DNA from: Ostrea edulis
Lineage: Eukaryota
Assembly (NCBI RefSeq): GCF_947568905.1
Contig: NC_079172.1
Location: 73,470,001-73,534,000, forward strand
Length of the DNA stretch: 64,000 bases
Direction: 5' to 3'
Shown here: piece after piece, positions 37,738 through 52,954 of the stretch
How positions within the stretch are numbered: the stretch's first letter is position 1
How the letters are laid out: each line of letters opens with the position of its first letter
Notes under the pieces: generated by a model
Seen by the model: the letters and a program-made list of their open reading frames with translations, nothing else
Databases searched by the model: none
What the model was told of the DNA's origin: nothing
Position numbers and translations under genes: made by a program

Positions 37738-40675
37738 TTACTGTGTTGTATCGGGGCCTATGCTGTATAGTTTGTGGAGACAGAGAGGGCATGAATCTCT
37801 CACGTAAATCCATTTCTTTAGACATGTCTCATGAAAGAGATGTCCACAGGGGGTGATTTTAGCAGATGACATTTGCCGAATACATATAGAGCACACATCG
37901 TCGCATTTCTGAATTTGTTCATTTGTTGCAGTTTCTAAAACATTCAACTTCTTAAATGCGTCTCTTCTTAGCACAACAATTCTCGAGCAACTTTTCAATC
38001 TCTTCCATACGTTTTCATAGCAATTTAGAATAAAAAATGGAATTTGGATCCAGCTAAATGCACCATTTGTAATAAACCATATTCCCCTGCAAGCCAAAAT
38101 GAGAGATCCTACAAAATCCTGAAACCTCACTGTGAATCGAATATAAAAGATTATGTCATTTAAGTTCTCCATAGAGTGCGAGCAAACGCCATCATACACA
38201 AAGAAGAAATAAATCACAATGGAAGCCATTATCTGGAGACAAGTGGAAAAACCTATGATAATCAATGGTATATTATTGTATTGTTGACGGTTGTATATTA
38301 TGTACATTGTAAATACCAGGAAATACATATACAATGTGAGCCATCGGAAGTGTTTGAATGGTTTTGATGTTGGCATTGAACTAAATGTTAGAATTGTTGG
38401 ATCGACCATTCCATACGTGCAAATAATAAAAGCTAATGTAAACCACATTAATATAGTTTTAAACACGGAGCCTTTTAGTATAAACTCATTCAAAGAATTT
38501 GACGGCCCAAGGATCCCTGCAGATACAGACAGCACAAAGACAAAAGCACCAAGCATAACATCTGAAATATCACTGACAATACCTGTGCTTTTCCATCCAT
38601 AAAGATAAAGGTTAACCAGCCGAGAAAGATAATGGGACAAATACGAAGTGGCGACACACATCGAAACGAGTCCTACATAAGTCTTGCAACATTGCCCAGC
38701 AATGACAAACAGAAATGTTGTAGCATCCAGCTTCGACAAGGGTACCACGTTTATACCGGAAGTCTGTGCGGTATAGTAATAGAGTTTGTAAGAAAACGAG
38801 ACAAAATAAAACAACAAAAGCTGCTGTGTAAGGTGGATAGAATTGGCAATTGATTTTATAACAGGAAAGAAGCCAAAAATGTTGACTAAATAGATCCATG
38901 TAGTAACCTGTTTCTTAATTTTGACAACACCAGTGATGAACATCTGTATGGCTTGGTATATTAAGTAAGAAGACACAAGTCCATCTGCCAGGTGAAACGA
39001 ACATCCGGTGATTGTGATAGGGAGTTTCAGAAACCTCGTGATTAGTGGTAAGTGGTACGCACTTAAAACATACGGTTTCCATGTCTTCTCTTTAAATAGA
39101 TGAAAAGCTAACAGCTCTGCAAGACTAAAAATAATGAAATGGCCAACTATTTTGTTGTCATTGTTGTCTGGATGATTTCTGCTTTTGTCGATCAAATAGC
39201 GGGTGGAGGAGTGCATCATGAACATTAGGGCAGCACCACATAAGTACTTGTACACGGAGAACAGATGATCCTGTGGAAGAAGTATGGCTGCCATTGATGC
39301 AACTAGCACTGAAAATGCAAATAAAATATTTCAACCTCTACACAAAATGTGAAGGTAACGAAGAGTGATGAATCTCATAACTCTTATAAGCAATACAAAA
39401 TAAAGAATTGGATAAATACAGACCATTGGATAGAACAGAGGTGGGATCAGTTGCCTAGGAGTAGTAGGCATCTCCTATCGGCCCGTCACACCCGCCGTGA
39501 GCCTTATATCTCGATTAGGTAAATAAAGTTATCCGTTGTCAAATTCAGTGTAAATGTCGGGTACCATTGTATATATCACAATAGAATACATAATTGATAC
39601 ACATAATGATTAATAGCGCCGTCATACTCTATGTGTAGCATTACTATGGTAGTGTAGTATGCATGTTTGACTTCCAAAATACGTCATTCTGTAAATAGAT
39701 ACATTACGGCGGGTGTGAACAGTCAATAGGGAGTGTTTACTCCACTTGGGCACCTCATCCCACCTCTGGTATATCCAGGGGTTCGTGTTTTCCCTACTCT
39801 GAATTTTGCATTCTTTAAAGGATTTATGAGAATAATCACTGTTCGTTATCTTAACTTATTCATAGAACAACTAGTATTATCGTATTTATTTTGACATCTT
39901 TGATGAATCTTATACTTCAGCACAAACTTTTTTTTTATATACAAGCTCACGTGTAGCAATGCCGCTAGTTTTCAGATCGCAATGCAACAATGGGCTTTAC
40001 ACAGTTCATGTTTGTCCGATCAATCGATCAATCAATCGATATACTTAGCATTAACTAAAAACAACGTTTTTGCATTCGTTTTCTTCCGTGACGTTACAGG
40101 TAAATACTGGCCTCAGCCGTTTTATTTAAAGTCGCGTGGTAAAAATTCTTCCTTCTTCCTTTTTTGTACTAAAAGACGTTTCTGAGAAAATAAAGCATTT
40201 GCATCTTTCATTTTCGATTTATTTCAAAATTGAATAATTTTTATTAATTCTAAACACTATCTAAACTCCTAAAAATGACCACGATTTATTCATTAAATAT
40301 CTTATCACTATATATTGCAATGCAAACCAACCGATAAAATTTTCAGATATTATTTTCAGAAAATAAAGGTCATAAAAATCTAAAAATTCTAAGAAAGTTA
40401 AATTACCCGTGATAGAAATTGGATGATTAAACATTTCTTATAACCCCCATTTCCATAGTAAAAAAAAACATAGATGACATTAGCATTCTCACGTCTTTTA
40501 AGGGATAAGCTTGTACTGGTTGAATTTAGCAGATATGACACCACCTACCTGTAGACACAATAAAAGACTGATAAAAAGTTTCCTCTAAGCATATCTCGAT
40601 TAAAAAGAAGGCTGGTTGTCTCAAAACGATGGTCAGTCCAATTAGAAAATGACTGTAGATAGACAGCACAGGCAT
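37738..40675 (-). CDS. RNF145-like: RNF145/TRC8-family E3 ligase copy B3 (565 aa, 2 exons)
   Basis: join(40675..40549, 39308..37738); canonical phase-1 splice sites and intact RING-H2. Confidence 0.9.
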
Positions 40676-43556
40676 CGTCTTAACCTAAACCTCAATATCA
40701 CAATTCGAAGTCTTTATACTAGTTTTCAGAAGTGCACGTGCTGTCTTCAGGGGTATATGAATATTGATCCTACTTTCGGTTTGGAATTTTCAATCTGTAA
40801 CGAATTTATCACTAGGCATGCAATTGTAAGATCAACATATATTACACAATAGGAAATATATATCATATTAAGACGAATGTACGTTAACTTAGACACCTTC
40901 AGCCATTGAAATGAACATCTACTCGTGTGTAATGCAAATAGATATTACGTGTTTCCGGTTTTTCTTATGGTTTAAATTTACTAGTATGGGAAGTTAATTG
41001 AGCAATACAAACAGGTATTATCTCGTTACACTACATGCTTTTGGATGTTTAAATACAGTGCCCTGTATGCCAATCTAGCCGGAGAGTTTTTTGTTGTTTT
41101 ACGCAAATGTTGTTGGACACACAACTGCACATATGGATGTGCACATACGTTTGCTATTTTTAGAAATATAATGATATATTTCTTACTGATTTAAAGTAAA
41201 GTACTCTCCCAAACAAGGAAATACACGTGATCATGCACGTGTAGAGTTGAAGTTTCCTGTTCAATCTCAGTGCATCATGGAGACTTAGGGAAAAAAATCC
41301 ATAAAAATAAATGTATATGTATATCCCAAATTATACAGTAAAGTAAGCCTGAAACTGTTTTCAGTTTCTCTTTTCCGTTGGTCCTAAGACATATGATAGT
41401 GTATTGTATCAGTCACATGATGCATACTACAATATACATGTACGGAGAAATGACATGTTCCTTGCATATTGTTTTACACATTTCGTATTCACAGAAATCC
41501 AAAAAAGGTTATTATGAGACAAACTTTGATCCTGGAACTGACCAAAATAAAGTAACTCAGGTTATAGTAGACGTGTGTCCTGAGTACAGGTTCGTGAGAT
41601 CTATCTTATTCTAACGTTGTTATGTTATTTTTTTAAATTATGGCGAGAGAAGATCAACTGCCTAAAAGATGTCTTTTTCATCATCGTTTTTCACTTTAAA
41701 AAAAGCGATTGTCGGCAAAAATTAGGAACATTAGGGTTGGAGGTGGTTCAAGATCTCTGTTTGTCTTCTTTTTTCAATGCGTTTAGAAGATTCATGGTAG
41801 AAGAGGACCAATCAAAATAATCTGCTCAGGCTATGGCACAAATTGCGTAGGAGCTGTAGATGAGATAGGAATCGGTTTCAACAATGTTAGATACAACGTA
41901 TAATGGATTTTAATGATCCGCATTGATCTCAAATGGGAGGAGTGTGGGTGAGGATGACTGGCATTACCGGAATTTCATGATGTTACAGTTTTCGGGGTTC
42001 TTACCCATAGCGTTCTTTTAACTTTCCCTGTCAGACGTTTGTGCAACGCCGTATTCCGCCTTGTCATCAGTCCCTTTATGTCCATCATTGCTTCTAACCC
42101 AGAACATCACCCGTACCTCTGAGATGTATCATTTGGAAGCAAGGTTATTCATAAATCACAATGGAAACGAGTGCAAGTATTGGCAGTTACATGTACTTTA
42201 TGGAAGAAGTGGCTCACAAGTTGCATACAGATTTTACAGTCACGTCAAAAATGATCTTGCAAGAGAACCACGTAACACGTCACTGGTGTCTGATGATCAC
42301 GTGTTTTACCGACACACGTACCTCAACCTTGTGATAAAGGTCAGTGTTATATTGCATTTCGTTAGCGTTAGTTTATTTGGGCTTAATGTGAAATGTAGAT
42401 TGGAACTGGAAATTTTAAGTGTCAATATAGGTTTTTCTCAGTGTTTCTCCCTCTTGGGAACTTATATATGCAAGTCTGACAAGATGACCAAACCTTATAT
42501 TTGCACAAACCGAGTGCCAACGTGTCATGATCTAGAATTATAGATGAAAACGTATATTTAATTGATTCACGGTTTGGATCTGATTTATGTTAACAACAAA
42601 GTATTGAGTTATATCTGGTATTCAAATTAATAGTAAATCTCGTTCTGTGGGAATAAGTTGCACACAAATACGTAATCCTTCAATAACAAATATCATCCAT
42701 GATACAATGACACTGTAAGAAATAAAGTTTTTTTTTAAATTGTTTTGATTTACTGTTTAGTTAAGGTTAATTATCAGGAAAGAGGACAAGAAGAATGAGT
42801 TTGCAATATGAGGATGTTTGTACTCAAGGATGAAAAGATGAAGATAACGAACAATGATTAATCTCATAACTCTCATAAGGAATACAAAATAGAGAGTTGG
42901 GCAAACTCGGACCCCTCGATATGCCAGAAGTGGGATCAGGTGCCTAGGAGGAGTAAACATCCCCTGTGAACCGGTCACATCCGCCTTGAGCACTATATCT
43001 TCATCAAGTAAACGGAGTAATCCTTGGTTAGAATCAGAGTACCAAAAACGACTTTACAATTGGTATGAAACACGTCAAACAGACTTTTTGCAAGGATACC
43101 TGTCCACTTTTTTTTATTTTTTTTTTTTATAAAATCATTGTTCTAGCTTGACATTTCGGTAAAAGAATGATTGATTGTTTATGGTTTTGCACCGTTTTGT
43201 CATTGTTTCAGCCATTTTATGGCGATCGGAAAAAGAGAAAATAGAAATGTTCTTTCTCTGAATTTGCAAGTCTGCATCTCTTCAACATTCCTTTTCGCCA
43301 ACTTATTTCTTTCTTTTTTTGTCGAAACCTAACAAAGATATTGTATCAATTGAACCGGATTCAAGTATAACGATGTTTTTACAATGTGGTTTATTTCTTC
43401 ATGATAGGACTCCTGGAAATATTTACTAACACATTGCTTTTTAAAATATAAAATATTTTATACAATGCATGACCCGAGTTTCACTATATCCTAAATTTCT
43501 TTATTTGCAGTATTGAATTACTATATGCATAGATGTGATTACAGGAATATCAAAAA

Positions 43557-44116
43557 GACATAACATCGAGAATTAGCAAGGCAAGATCAGCTTTTTGTCA
43601 GTTAAGACCTTTATGGAGATCTGGAAAAGTTTCCCTTAAAACTAAAGTAAAGATCTATAGCAGTAATGTCAAGTCCATATTACTTTATGGAGCAGAGTGC
43701 TGGAAACTCGTTCAGAGCGACCTTAAGAAGCTGTCATCCTTCCATAACACCTGCCTTAGGAGAATCTGCAAAATCTATTGGCCGAAAAAGATCTCTAATA
43801 AAGACCTATGGAGTAAGACATCTCAAAAGAGCATCCAATTAGAAATTAAACAACGCATATGGAGGTGGCTAGGGCACGCCATGAGAATGAACAAAGCATG
43901 CCCAGCAAATGTCGCTCTCAGATGGACTCCTGAAGGGAAAAGAAAGAGGGGAAGACCAAAAGAAACCTGGCGAAGAATGATAGATGGAGAGTTGAAAGAG
44001 ATGGGACTGACCTGGAAAGAAGCGGAAAAGAAGGCAAGGGACAGACAAGTGTGGCTGGAGATGATTTCAGCCTTATGTGCAGACATGCACGAAGAGGACT
44101 AAGTAAGTAAGTAAGG
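43557..44116 (+). mobile_element. 5'-truncated RTE-clade LINE, U4-specific
   Basis: Open frame DITSRISKARSAF...KSILLYGAECW...WRWLGHAMRM...WTPEGKRKRGRPKETWRR...EED* followed by a (TAAG)n tail. The empty site is present in U2, U3 and U5. Confidence 0.92.
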
Positions 44117-46010
44117 TAAAAATAGAAGACTTGATCCAAACTTCAGGCTAAGCTGGATGCCAGGCAAAACTGAACGTTAGAACTGATTTCTAAATTAAGA
44201 GTAGTAATGAGTATTATTGACCTTTTGAAATATTAATGGAATCGTATGATATATTTTAGATAACATCAGCATGCATAGTCATCTTACATCAGACCCCTGA
44301 CACGTTGTAGTAAGATTTTAATCTTATGTCAGATGCATGCGGTACTATTCAACATCAAATTTAACATACGATTTTCGTTGGAAGTATCATTCTCTACTGT
44401 CTGATTACTGAGAATCTCTTGTAACTTATCAAGGGGTATCATTCTACACTCTCTGATAGCAGATCCCCGAGACATGGAATGGAATCTCTTAAAACTTATG
44501 GAGGAATATCATTCTGCACTGTCTGATATCAGATCCCTGAGACATGGAATGGAATCTCTTGAAACTTATCTAGGAATATCATTCTGTACTGTCTGATATC
44601 AGATCCCTGAGATATGAATGGAATCTCGTAAATAGCAGCTTACTTAGTAAAAGGGTGTTATACTATCTCGAATTTTATTCTTGACTTATTGTATGGAATC
44701 TCATGTTAGTTTATCTTGTAGTAGGATGTTGTACTGTCTGACGTCAGATTGCTTATCTGAATAGTGTTAAAGAAAACGTGAGTAGTGTCATCTAATGTGT
44801 TGTTGGTGTGTAGGTGATGTTAACAAAAATATGGGTGGCGGTATGAAAGGTGAAGACAACGAACAGCGATCAATCTCATAACTCCTATAAGCAATACAAA
44901 CTAGATATTTGGGCAAACACAGATCCCTGCACACATCAAAGGTTGGATTAGGTGCTTAGGAGGAGTAAGCATTCCCTGTCGAACGGTCACACACGCCTGA
45001 CGTGTGTAGGTGGTGTTATAGATAATTTGGTTGGTGGTCTGTTCGTGGTATTACATGGACATGTAGCAATTCATCTGTATGAAGCAATATTTTTAAATGA
45101 CAAGACGAGTCCATATATATAAGTGAATTAATTCACACTGAAAATAATTATACATTACGAAGTGAAAGACTAAGAAGTAGTGAACCACGTTATAGAAAAA
45201 TCATGAGTTATTTCAAAAGAACAAGTTAGAAAATGTGTTGTAAATTGATAACTGTATTCCATCATAAATTGCATTGACAAAACCGAAGGTGATTTTTGGT
45301 GTTTTACTTCATTATTCATTTTACAGTTAGTATGCACTCCATAATGTTACAAATACAATTCGATAATGCAATTCATCAATATATTCTTTTAAAATATTGA
45401 ATGCTATGACTAGGTATTTGATGGCAATACTTCCTGAATTATTTTCACACTGATATCTGTATAATAATAAACTGTATAATGACGCTGATATTTTTCCAGT
45501 GGAATTGCTGATAGAAATTGTCTAGCTATTACATAAAAACAAAGGCGAGTCTACCTAACGGGAGAGTGACAGGTACATCACAATTATAACTACCTCTATG
45601 TGCATTAAACTAATCATAAATGAATTTTTCTGTGATTACAACGCTGACAAGGATTGTAAAGAGGAATTTATATACACGTGAATTTATGAAATAAATTATA
45701 ACGTTTCATCTCGTATCCTATATAATATGCGTTTTGTTATAGTGGAATGAATGATTTGACCTCATTCATGTTTTGCAATATTATTCTTTGATTGACTAAT
45801 AAAATACGCTTAAAATGTGCTTTCGTGGTCAAAAGATGGAGTTGATTATTTTCTTACTCGGTCCAGTCCGAATCTTTTTATGTTGTAGTTTACCATGGCA
45901 TATTTCAAATCTGCATCTCATCTCGTAGCCTCTTTACGATGATTAGCTTCCAGTTTTTCTCACCAAGGCATTTTCTTGAAGAGCTGATAAAGTAATATGA
46001 TCTCCTCAAA

Positions 46011-49000
46011 TCAGGTAAACGTAATAAAAAACAAAAGGTTTTGTTTGTTTGTTTGACAAGGATGGAACTTCCGCCACTCTTGCTGTGTTGTATCGAGGCT
46101 TAAGCTGTATAGTTTGCGGAGATAGAGAGGGCATGAATCTCTCACGTATATCCATTTCTTTAGACACGTCTCATGAAAAAGATGTCCACAGGGGGTGATT
46201 TTAGCAGATGACATTTGCCGAATACATATAGAGCACACATCGTCGCAGTTCCGAATTTGTTCATTTGTTGCAGTTTATAAAGCATTCAACTTCTTAACTG
46301 CGTCTCTTCTTAACACAACAATTCTCGAGCCACTTTTCAATCTTTCCCACACGTTTCCATAGCAATGTACGATAAAAAATGGAATTTGGATCCAGCTAAA
46401 TGCACCATTTTTAATAAACCATATTCCTCTGCAAGCCAAAATGACAGATCCTACAAAATCCAGAAACCGCACTATGGATCGTATATAAAAGATTATGTCA
46501 TCTAAGTTCTCCATAGAGTGCGAGCAAACGCCATCATACACAAACAATAAATAAATCACAATGGAAGCCATTACCTGGAGACAAGTGGAAAAACCAATGA
46601 TAATCAATGGAATAGATAAAGATATATCGTCGTATTGTTGAAGTTTATCTATCATATAGATTGTAAATACTAGGAAAAACATATACAACGTGAGCCCTCG
46701 GAAGTGTTTGAATGGTTTTGATGTTGGCATTGCACTAAATGTTAGAATTGCTGGATCGACCATTTCACACGTGCAACCGATAAAAAGTGATGCCAAGTAC
46801 ATCAATAGAATTTTAAACACGGCGTCTTTTAGCAAAAACTCATTCAAAGAATTGGATGGCCCAAGGATCCCTGCAGATACAGAAAGCACAAAGACCAAAA
46901 CACCAAGCCTAACATCTGAAATATCACTGACAATGCCTGTGCTTTTCCATCCATAAAGGTAAAGGCTAACTAGCCGAGAAAGATAATGGGACAAATACGA
47001 AGTGGCGACACACATCGAAACGAGTCCTACGTAAGTCTTGCAACATTGCCCAGCAATGACAAACAGAAATGTTGTAGAATCCAGCTTCGAGAAGGGTACC
47101 ACGTTTACACCGGAAGTCTGTGCGGTATAGTAATAGAGTTTGTAAGCAAACGAGACAAAATAAAACAACAAAAGCTGTTGTGTAAGGTGAATAGAATCGC
47201 CAATTGATTTGATGACAGGGAAGACGCCAAAAATGCTGACTAAATAGATCCATGTAGTAACCTGTTTCTTTATTTTGATAACACTAGTGATGAACATCTG
47301 TATGGCTTGGTATATTAAGTAATAAAACACAAGGCCATCTGCCAGGTGAAACGAACATCCTGTGATTTTGATAGGGAGTTTCAGAAACAACATGATTAGT
47401 GGTAAGTGGTACGCACTTAAAACATACGGTTTCCATGTCTTTTCTTTAAATAGATGAAAAGCTAACAGCTCTGCAAGACTAAAAAGAATGAAACAGCCAA
47501 CTATTTTGGTGTCGTTGTTGTCTGGATGATTTCTGCTTTTGTCGATCAAATAGCGGGTGGAGGAGTGCATCATGAACATTAATGCAGCACCACATAAGTA
47601 CTTGTACACGGAGAACAGATGATCCTGTGGAAGAAGTATGGCTGCCATTGATGCAACTAGCACTGAAAAGGTAAATAAAATATTTCAACCTCTACACAAA
47701 ATGTGAAGGTAACAAATAGTGATTAATCTCACAACTCTTATAAGCAATACAAAATAAAGAATTGGGTAAATACGGAACACTGGATAGAACAGAGGTGGGA
47801 ACAGTTGCCTAGGAGGAGTAGTCATCTCCTATCGGCCCGTCACACCCGTCGTGAGCCTTATATCTCGATTAGGTAAACAAAGTTATCCGTTGTCAAAGTC
47901 AGTGTAAATGTCGGGTACCATTGTATATATCACAATAGAATACATAATTGATATACATAATGATTAATAGCGCCGTCATGCTCTATGTGTAGCGTTACTA
48001 TGGTAGTGTAGTATGCATGTTTGACTTCCAAAATACGTCATTCTGAAAATAGATACATTACGGCGGGTGTGAACAGTCAATAGGGAGTGTTTACTCCACT
48101 TGGACACCTAATCCCACCTCTGGTATGTCCAGGGGTTCGTGTTTTTCCTACTCTTAATTTTGCATTCTTTAAAGGATTTATGAGAATAATCACTGTTCGT
48201 TATCTTAACTTATTCATAGAACAACTAGTATTATCGTATTTATTTTGACATCTTTGATGAATCTTATACTTCAGGGCAAACTTTTTTTTAAATACAAGCT
48301 CACGTGTAGCAATGCCGCTAGTTTTCAGATCGCAATGCAATAATGGGCTTTACACAGTTCATGTTTGTCCGATCATTCGATCAATCAATCGATATACTTA
48401 ACATTAACTAAAAACAACGTTTTTGCATTCGTTTTCTTCCGTGACGTTACAGGTAAATACTGGCCTCAGCCGTTTTATTTAAAGTCGCGTGGTAAAAATT
48501 CTTCCTTCTTCCTTTTTTGTACTAAAAGACGTTTCTGAGAAAATAAAGCATTTGCATCTTTCATTTTCGATTTATTTCAAAATTGAATAATTTTTTTTAA
48601 TTCTAAACACTATCTAAACTCCTAAAAATGACCACGATTTATTCATTAAATATCTTATCACTATATATTGCAATGCAAACCAATCGATAAAATTTTCAGA
48701 TATTATTTTCAGAAAATAAAGGTCATAAAAATCTAAAAACTCTAAGAAAGTTAAATTACCCGTGATAGAAATTGGATGATTAAACATTTCTTATAACCCC
48801 CATTTCCATAGTAAAAAAACATAGATGACATTAGCATTATCACGTCTTTTAAGGGATAAGCTTGTACTGGTTGAATTTAGCAGATATGACACCACCTACC
48901 TGTAGACACAATAAAAGACTGATAAAAAGTTTCCTCTAAGCATATCTCGATTAAAAAGAAGGCTGGTTGTCTCAAAACGATGGCCAGTCCAATTAGAAAA

Positions 49001-49026
49001 TGACTGTAGATAGACAACACAGGCAT
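46011..49026 (-). pseudogene. RNF145-like: RNF145/TRC8-family copy B4: nonsense codon before the RING (504-aa RING-less product, or pseudogene)
   Basis: join(49026..48900, 47662..46275). GAA>TAA at 46277-46275. The in-frame remnant has the last RING Cys changed to Tyr (46124-46122) and has lost the B5-type stop (TGA>TGG, 46076-46074). Confidence 0.85.
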
Positions 49027-49249
49027 CGTCTTAACCTAAACCTCAATATCACAATTCGAAGTCTTTATACTAGTTTTCAGCAATAAGTGCACGTGATGTC
49101 TTGAGGGGTATATGAATATTGATCTTACTTTCGGTTTGGAATTTTCAATCTGTAACGAAATTATCACTAGACATGTAATTTAATATCAACATATATTACA
49201 CGTAAGGAAATATATCTCATACACACATTTAGTAGTATGGGAAGTTAAT

Positions 49250-50143
49250 ACTTTTGATTCCATTAGTGGAACTCTTCAAATTAAAGGCGCGTAAAGTCGT
49301 GCTACCGGGACAACGTAAACAAATATGGCATTGAATACGAATTATAATCAACTGCAAAACACAACACTGATCAAAATTCTAAAGTTACAAAAAATAAATT
49401 ATTTTAACAAGAAAAAAGACAAACTTATTAAACTATGTGAGGGAGCATAGGTACTGAATTTGCTAAATTTTATCGATATAAAACATCAACTGCAAGAAGA
49501 ACTGTAAAGGTTTTACCTATGCACATCCAACATAACGAAATCTTCTTGCAAATAATGGGGATCCATATGCTTTTAAAGTTATTCTGTCAGACTATGAAGA
49601 TATTTTATCATACAATTAGTGCAGGTTCATATGGCATGAACTTTGTAAGTATAAACTGGTACAGTATAAGTTTAACATGTAACACCCCCCCCCTCCTTTT
49701 CTAATATTAGAAAATAAATTACCCATCTGTCAAACTGCAATTTTGTTTTAATTTTGAGATGTTTATAACACTAATTAACACAACTGCTATGTTTCTGAAC
49801 TTCATCTAAGCTATTTCAAAAATTACATATGTTGATGGAAATCGGATATAAAACATCGATTTTTGAAACAGATGTGATGGCGTTCAAAAACACATTAGTC
49901 TTATATATTAGTGTTAGATTTTTTAAAATGTAACTTGACTAATGGCTATTTTACCATATATATATGTGTATATGTATATGTATATATATATATATTTTTA
50001 TATATATATATAAAGGGGGGGGTATCAACGTTTTGACGTTTTGCTTATGTCCCGGTAATCTCGCACTTGCTCGCGAGACTTGTTTTATTGACGCGCAAGA
50101 GTCATCAAAGCGCGATAACTCTGATGGGCTGGTAATAGGAAGT
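49250..50143. mobile_element. ~894-bp non-coding insertion with AT dinucleotide TSD, U4-specific
   Basis: The empty site GAAGTTA-AT-TGAG(T/C) is present in U1, U3 and U5. Weak terminal IR ACTT and subterminal inverted GCGCGT/TACCGGGACA motifs. Confidence 0.7.
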
Positions 50144-52954
50144 ATTGAGCAATACAAACAGGTATTATCTCGTTACACTACATGCTTCTGGATGTTTAAA
50201 TACAGTGCCCTTGATGCCAATCTAGACGGATAGGTTTTTGTTGTTTTACGCAAATGGTGTTGGTTACACAACTGCACATATGGATGTGCACATACGTTTG
50301 TTATTTTTAGAAATATAATGATATATTTCTTACTGATCTAAAGTAAAGTACTCTCCCAAACAAGGAAATACACGTGATTATGCACGTGTAGAGTTGAAGT
50401 TTCCTGTTCAATCTCAGTTCATCATGGAGACTTAGAAAAAAAATCCATCAAAAAAATGTACATGTATATCCCAAATTATACAGTAAAGTAAGCCTGAAAC
50501 TGTTTTCAGTTTCTCTTTTCCCTTGGTCCTAAGACATATGATAGTGTATTGTATCAGTCACATGATGCATACTACTATATACATGTACGGAGAAATGACA
50601 TGTTCCTTGCATATTGTTTTACACATTTCGTATTCACAGAAATCCAAAAAAGGTTATTATGAGACAAACTTTGATCCTGGAACTGACCAAAATAAAGTAA
50701 CTCAGGTTATAGTAGACGTGTGTCCTGAGTACAGGTTCGTGAGATCTATCTTATTCTAACGTTGTTATGTTATTTTTTTAAATTATGGCGAGAGAAGATC
50801 AACTGCCTAAAAGATGTCTTTTTCATCATCGTTTTTCACTTTAAAAAAAGCGATTGTCGGCAAAAATAAGGAACATTAGGGTTGGAGGTGGTTCAAGATC
50901 TCTGTTTGTCTTCTTTTTTCAATGCGTTTAGAAGATTCATGGTAGAAGAGGACCAATCAAAATAATCTGCTCAGGCTATGGCACAAATTGCGTAGGAGCT
51001 GTAGATGAGATAGGAATCGGTTTCAACAATGTTAGATACAAAGTATAATGGATTTTAATGATCCGCATTGATCTCAAATGGGAGGAGTGTGGATGAGGAT
51101 GACTAGCATTACCGGAATTTCATGATATTACAATTTTGCGGGGTTCTTACCCATAGCGTTCTTTTAACTTTCCCTGGCAGACGTTTGTGGAACCATCAAC
51201 TCTACGCCGTATTCCGCCTTGTCATCAGTCCCTTTATGTCCATCATTGCTTCTAACCCAGAACACCACCCGTACCTCTGAGATGTATCATTCGGAAGCAA
51301 GGTTATTCATAAATCACAATGGAAACGAGTGCAAGTATTGGCAGTTACATGTACTTTATGTAAGAAGTGGCGCACAAGTTGCATACAGATTTTACAGTCA
51401 CATCAAAAATGATCCTGCAAGAGAACCCACGTAACACGTCACTGGTGTCTGATGATCACGTGTTTTCCCGACACACGTACCTCAACCTTGTGATAAAGGT
51501 GAGTGTTATATTGCATTTCGTTAGTGTTAGTTTATCTGGCCTTAATGTGAAATGTAAATTGGAACTGGAACTTTTAAGTGTCAATATAGGTTTTTCTCAG
51601 TGTTTCACCCTCTTGGGAACTTATATATGCAAGTCTGACAAGATGACCAAACCTGATATTTGCACAAACCGAGTGCCAAAGTGTCATGATCTAGAATTAT
51701 AGATGAAAACGTATATTTAATTGATTCACGGTTTGGATCTGATTTATGTTAACAACAAAGTATTGAGTTATATCCGGTATTCAAATCAATAGTAAATCTC
51801 GTTCTGTGGGAATAAGTTGCACACAAATACGTTATCTCTCAATAACAAATATCATTCATGATACAATGACACTGTAAGATATAAAAAGAAATTTAAATTG
51901 TTTTGATTTACTGTTTAGTTAAGGTCAGTTATCAGGAAAGAGAACAAGAAGAATGAGTTTGCAATATGAGGATGTTTGTACTCAAGGATGAAAAGACGAA
52001 GATAACGAACATTGATTAATCTCATAACTCCCATAAGGAATAAAAAATAGAGATTTGGGCAAACTCGGACCCCTCGATATGCCAGAAGTGGGATCAGGTG
52101 CCTAGGAGGAGTAAGCATCCCCTGTGAACCGGTCACATCCGCCTTGAGCACTATATCTTCATCAAGTAAACGGAGTAATCCTTGGTTAGAATCAGAGTAC
52201 TAAAAAACGACTTTACAATTGGTATGAAACACGTCAGGCAGACTTTTTGCAAGGATATCTGTCCATTTTTTTTTTTTATAAAATCATTGTTCTAGCTTGA
52301 CATTTCGGTAAAAGAATGATTGATTGTTTATGGTTTTGCACCGTTTTGTCATTGTTTCAGCCATTTTATGGCGATCGGAAAAAGAGAAAATAGAAATGTT
52401 CTTTCTCTGAATTTGCAAGTCTGCATCTCTTCAACATTCCTTTTCGCCAACTTATTTTTTTTTGTCGAAACCTAACAAAGATTGTATCAATTGAACCCGA
52501 TTCAAGTATAACGATGTTTTTACAATGTGGTTTATTTCTTCATGATAGGACTCCTGGAAATATTTACTAACACATTGCTTTTTAAAGTATAAAAGATTTT
52601 ATACAATGCATGACCCGAGTTTCACTATATCCTAAATTTCTTTATTTGCAGTATTGAATTACTATATGCATAGATGTGATTACAGGAATATCAAAAAATA
52701 GAAGACTTGATCCAAACTTCAGGCTAAGCTGGATGCCAGGCAAAACTGCACGTTAGAACTGATTTCTAAATTAAGAGTAGTAATGAGTATTATTGACCTT
52801 TTGAAATATTAATGGAATCGTATGATATATTTTAGATAACATCAGCATGCATAGTCATCTTACATCAGACCCCTGACACATTGCAGTAAGATTTTAATCT
52901 TATGTCAGATGCATGCTGTACTATTCAACATCAAATTTAACATAAGATTTCCCT

